Of a stretch of 24,136 nt of DNA, positions 23,540 to 24,136 are shown one piece after another (the stretch's first letter is position 1; every line of letters begins with the position of its first letter). The DNA comes from Gammaproteobacteria bacterium (GTDB lineage: Bacteria > Pseudomonadota > Gammaproteobacteria > Steroidobacterales > Steroidobacteraceae): contig JAXDQN010000240.1 of NCBI GenBank assembly GCA_034667865.1, positions 1 to 24,136 of the forward strand, written 5' to 3'. The position numbers were made by a program, and so were the translations under genes. The notes beneath the pieces are model-generated. The model worked only from the letters and a program-made list of their open reading frames with translations. It did not search any database and was not told where the DNA came from.

Positions 23540-24135
23540 TCGCGATAGCGCGTTAGCGCATCTCCCAAGGCGTCCTTTAGCGGCGCGAGCCAAGGCTGGT
23601 AGTTCTTCCACTGATCCAAGCCTTCGCGATAGATGGGCTGGCGGACCTGCTCAGAACTCGCCGTGCGAATACTTCGTGCGGTCTTGTGAAAATCGATGCA
23701 TGCCGGCTCGAATTGGAGACCGCAAAAATCGAGAATCCGCCGCACGCTACCTTCCAGGTCATCAACCACGCTCTCGTGCTCCACGCGCAGGATTTTTCCG
23801 GGAAGTACTCGATCCCAATGTTCAATGAGCTGCAGATAGGTGCGGTAATAGCGGGCAATGTCATCGAAGCTATAGGTGAATTCCTGGCCATTGGCGAACA
23901 ATTGCTTCAGGTTGCTGAAGCAGCAAGCCATCGGCTCGCGCCGCGCATCGATGATCTTGGCATTCGGCAAGATCAGATGAATCAAGCCGATGTGCCGGAA
24001 GTTGTTTGGCATTTTATCGATAAAGTAAGGCCGATCGGTTCGGTACACTCGAGTGTCCGCGAGGTACTTCTCTCCCAATCGTAGGAACTCATCCGGCGGC
24101 AGATCAGCCAGCACGCCCGGGTAGCGCGGATTGTC
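23536..24135 (-). CDS. Sulfotransferase family protein, C-terminal part (usually TPR-fused); 5' partial
   Basis: FIDKMPNNF, PNAKIIDARREPMACCFS, RTASSEQVRQPIY...QW. The frame is open to the right edge, and its stop overlaps the DUF5690 stop in a CTAG palindrome. Confidence 0.88.
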   Translation of the reverse strand, partial: DNPRYPGVLADLPPDEFLRLGEKYLADTRVYRTDRPYFIDKMPNNFRHIGLIHLILPNAKIIDARREPMACCFSNLKQLFANGQEFTYSFDDIARYYRTYLQLIEHWDRVLPGKILRVEHESVVDDLEGSVRRILDFCGLQFEPACIDFHKTARSIRTASSEQVRQPIYREGLDQWKNYQPWLAPLKDALGDALTRYRD

Positions 24136-24136
24136 C

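Noticed and set aside
1-24136. CRISPR arrays, tRNA or rRNA genes
   Set aside because: No regularly spaced repeats or RNA-gene signatures seen; almost all sequence is accounted for by CDS.

Overview
A GC-rich, gene-dense bacterial window, probably proteobacterial (inference). Left to right it holds: (1) a 5'-truncated MbnH-like di-heme enzyme, a membrane GGDEF-EAL protein, an EamA/DMT transporter and three serine hydrolases; (2) a small accessory patch (about 8.8-10.2 kb) with a PD-(D/E)XK-like ORF, a variant BLUF gene and an unannotated frameshifted EF-hand mini-gene; (3) the main candidate system, a split cluster of DUF350, SPFH-SHOCT, Zn-ribbon/DUF4178, a 61-aa Gly-rich membrane peptide, speD and a Tat-signal GGT-family enzyme on the minus strand, head-to-head (18 bp) with a membrane-fused aminopropyltransferase and a Tat-like flavin amine oxidoreductase on the plus strand; (4) a lone zwf; (5) an aminophosphonate catabolic module (TIGR03364-like FAD oxidoreductase plus phnX) divergent from a DUF5690 MFS-like transporter; (6) the 3' end of a sulfotransferase-family gene. 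I saw no rRNA, tRNA, CRISPR array, transposase or integrase. Family calls come from motif recognition by eye, with no database searches.
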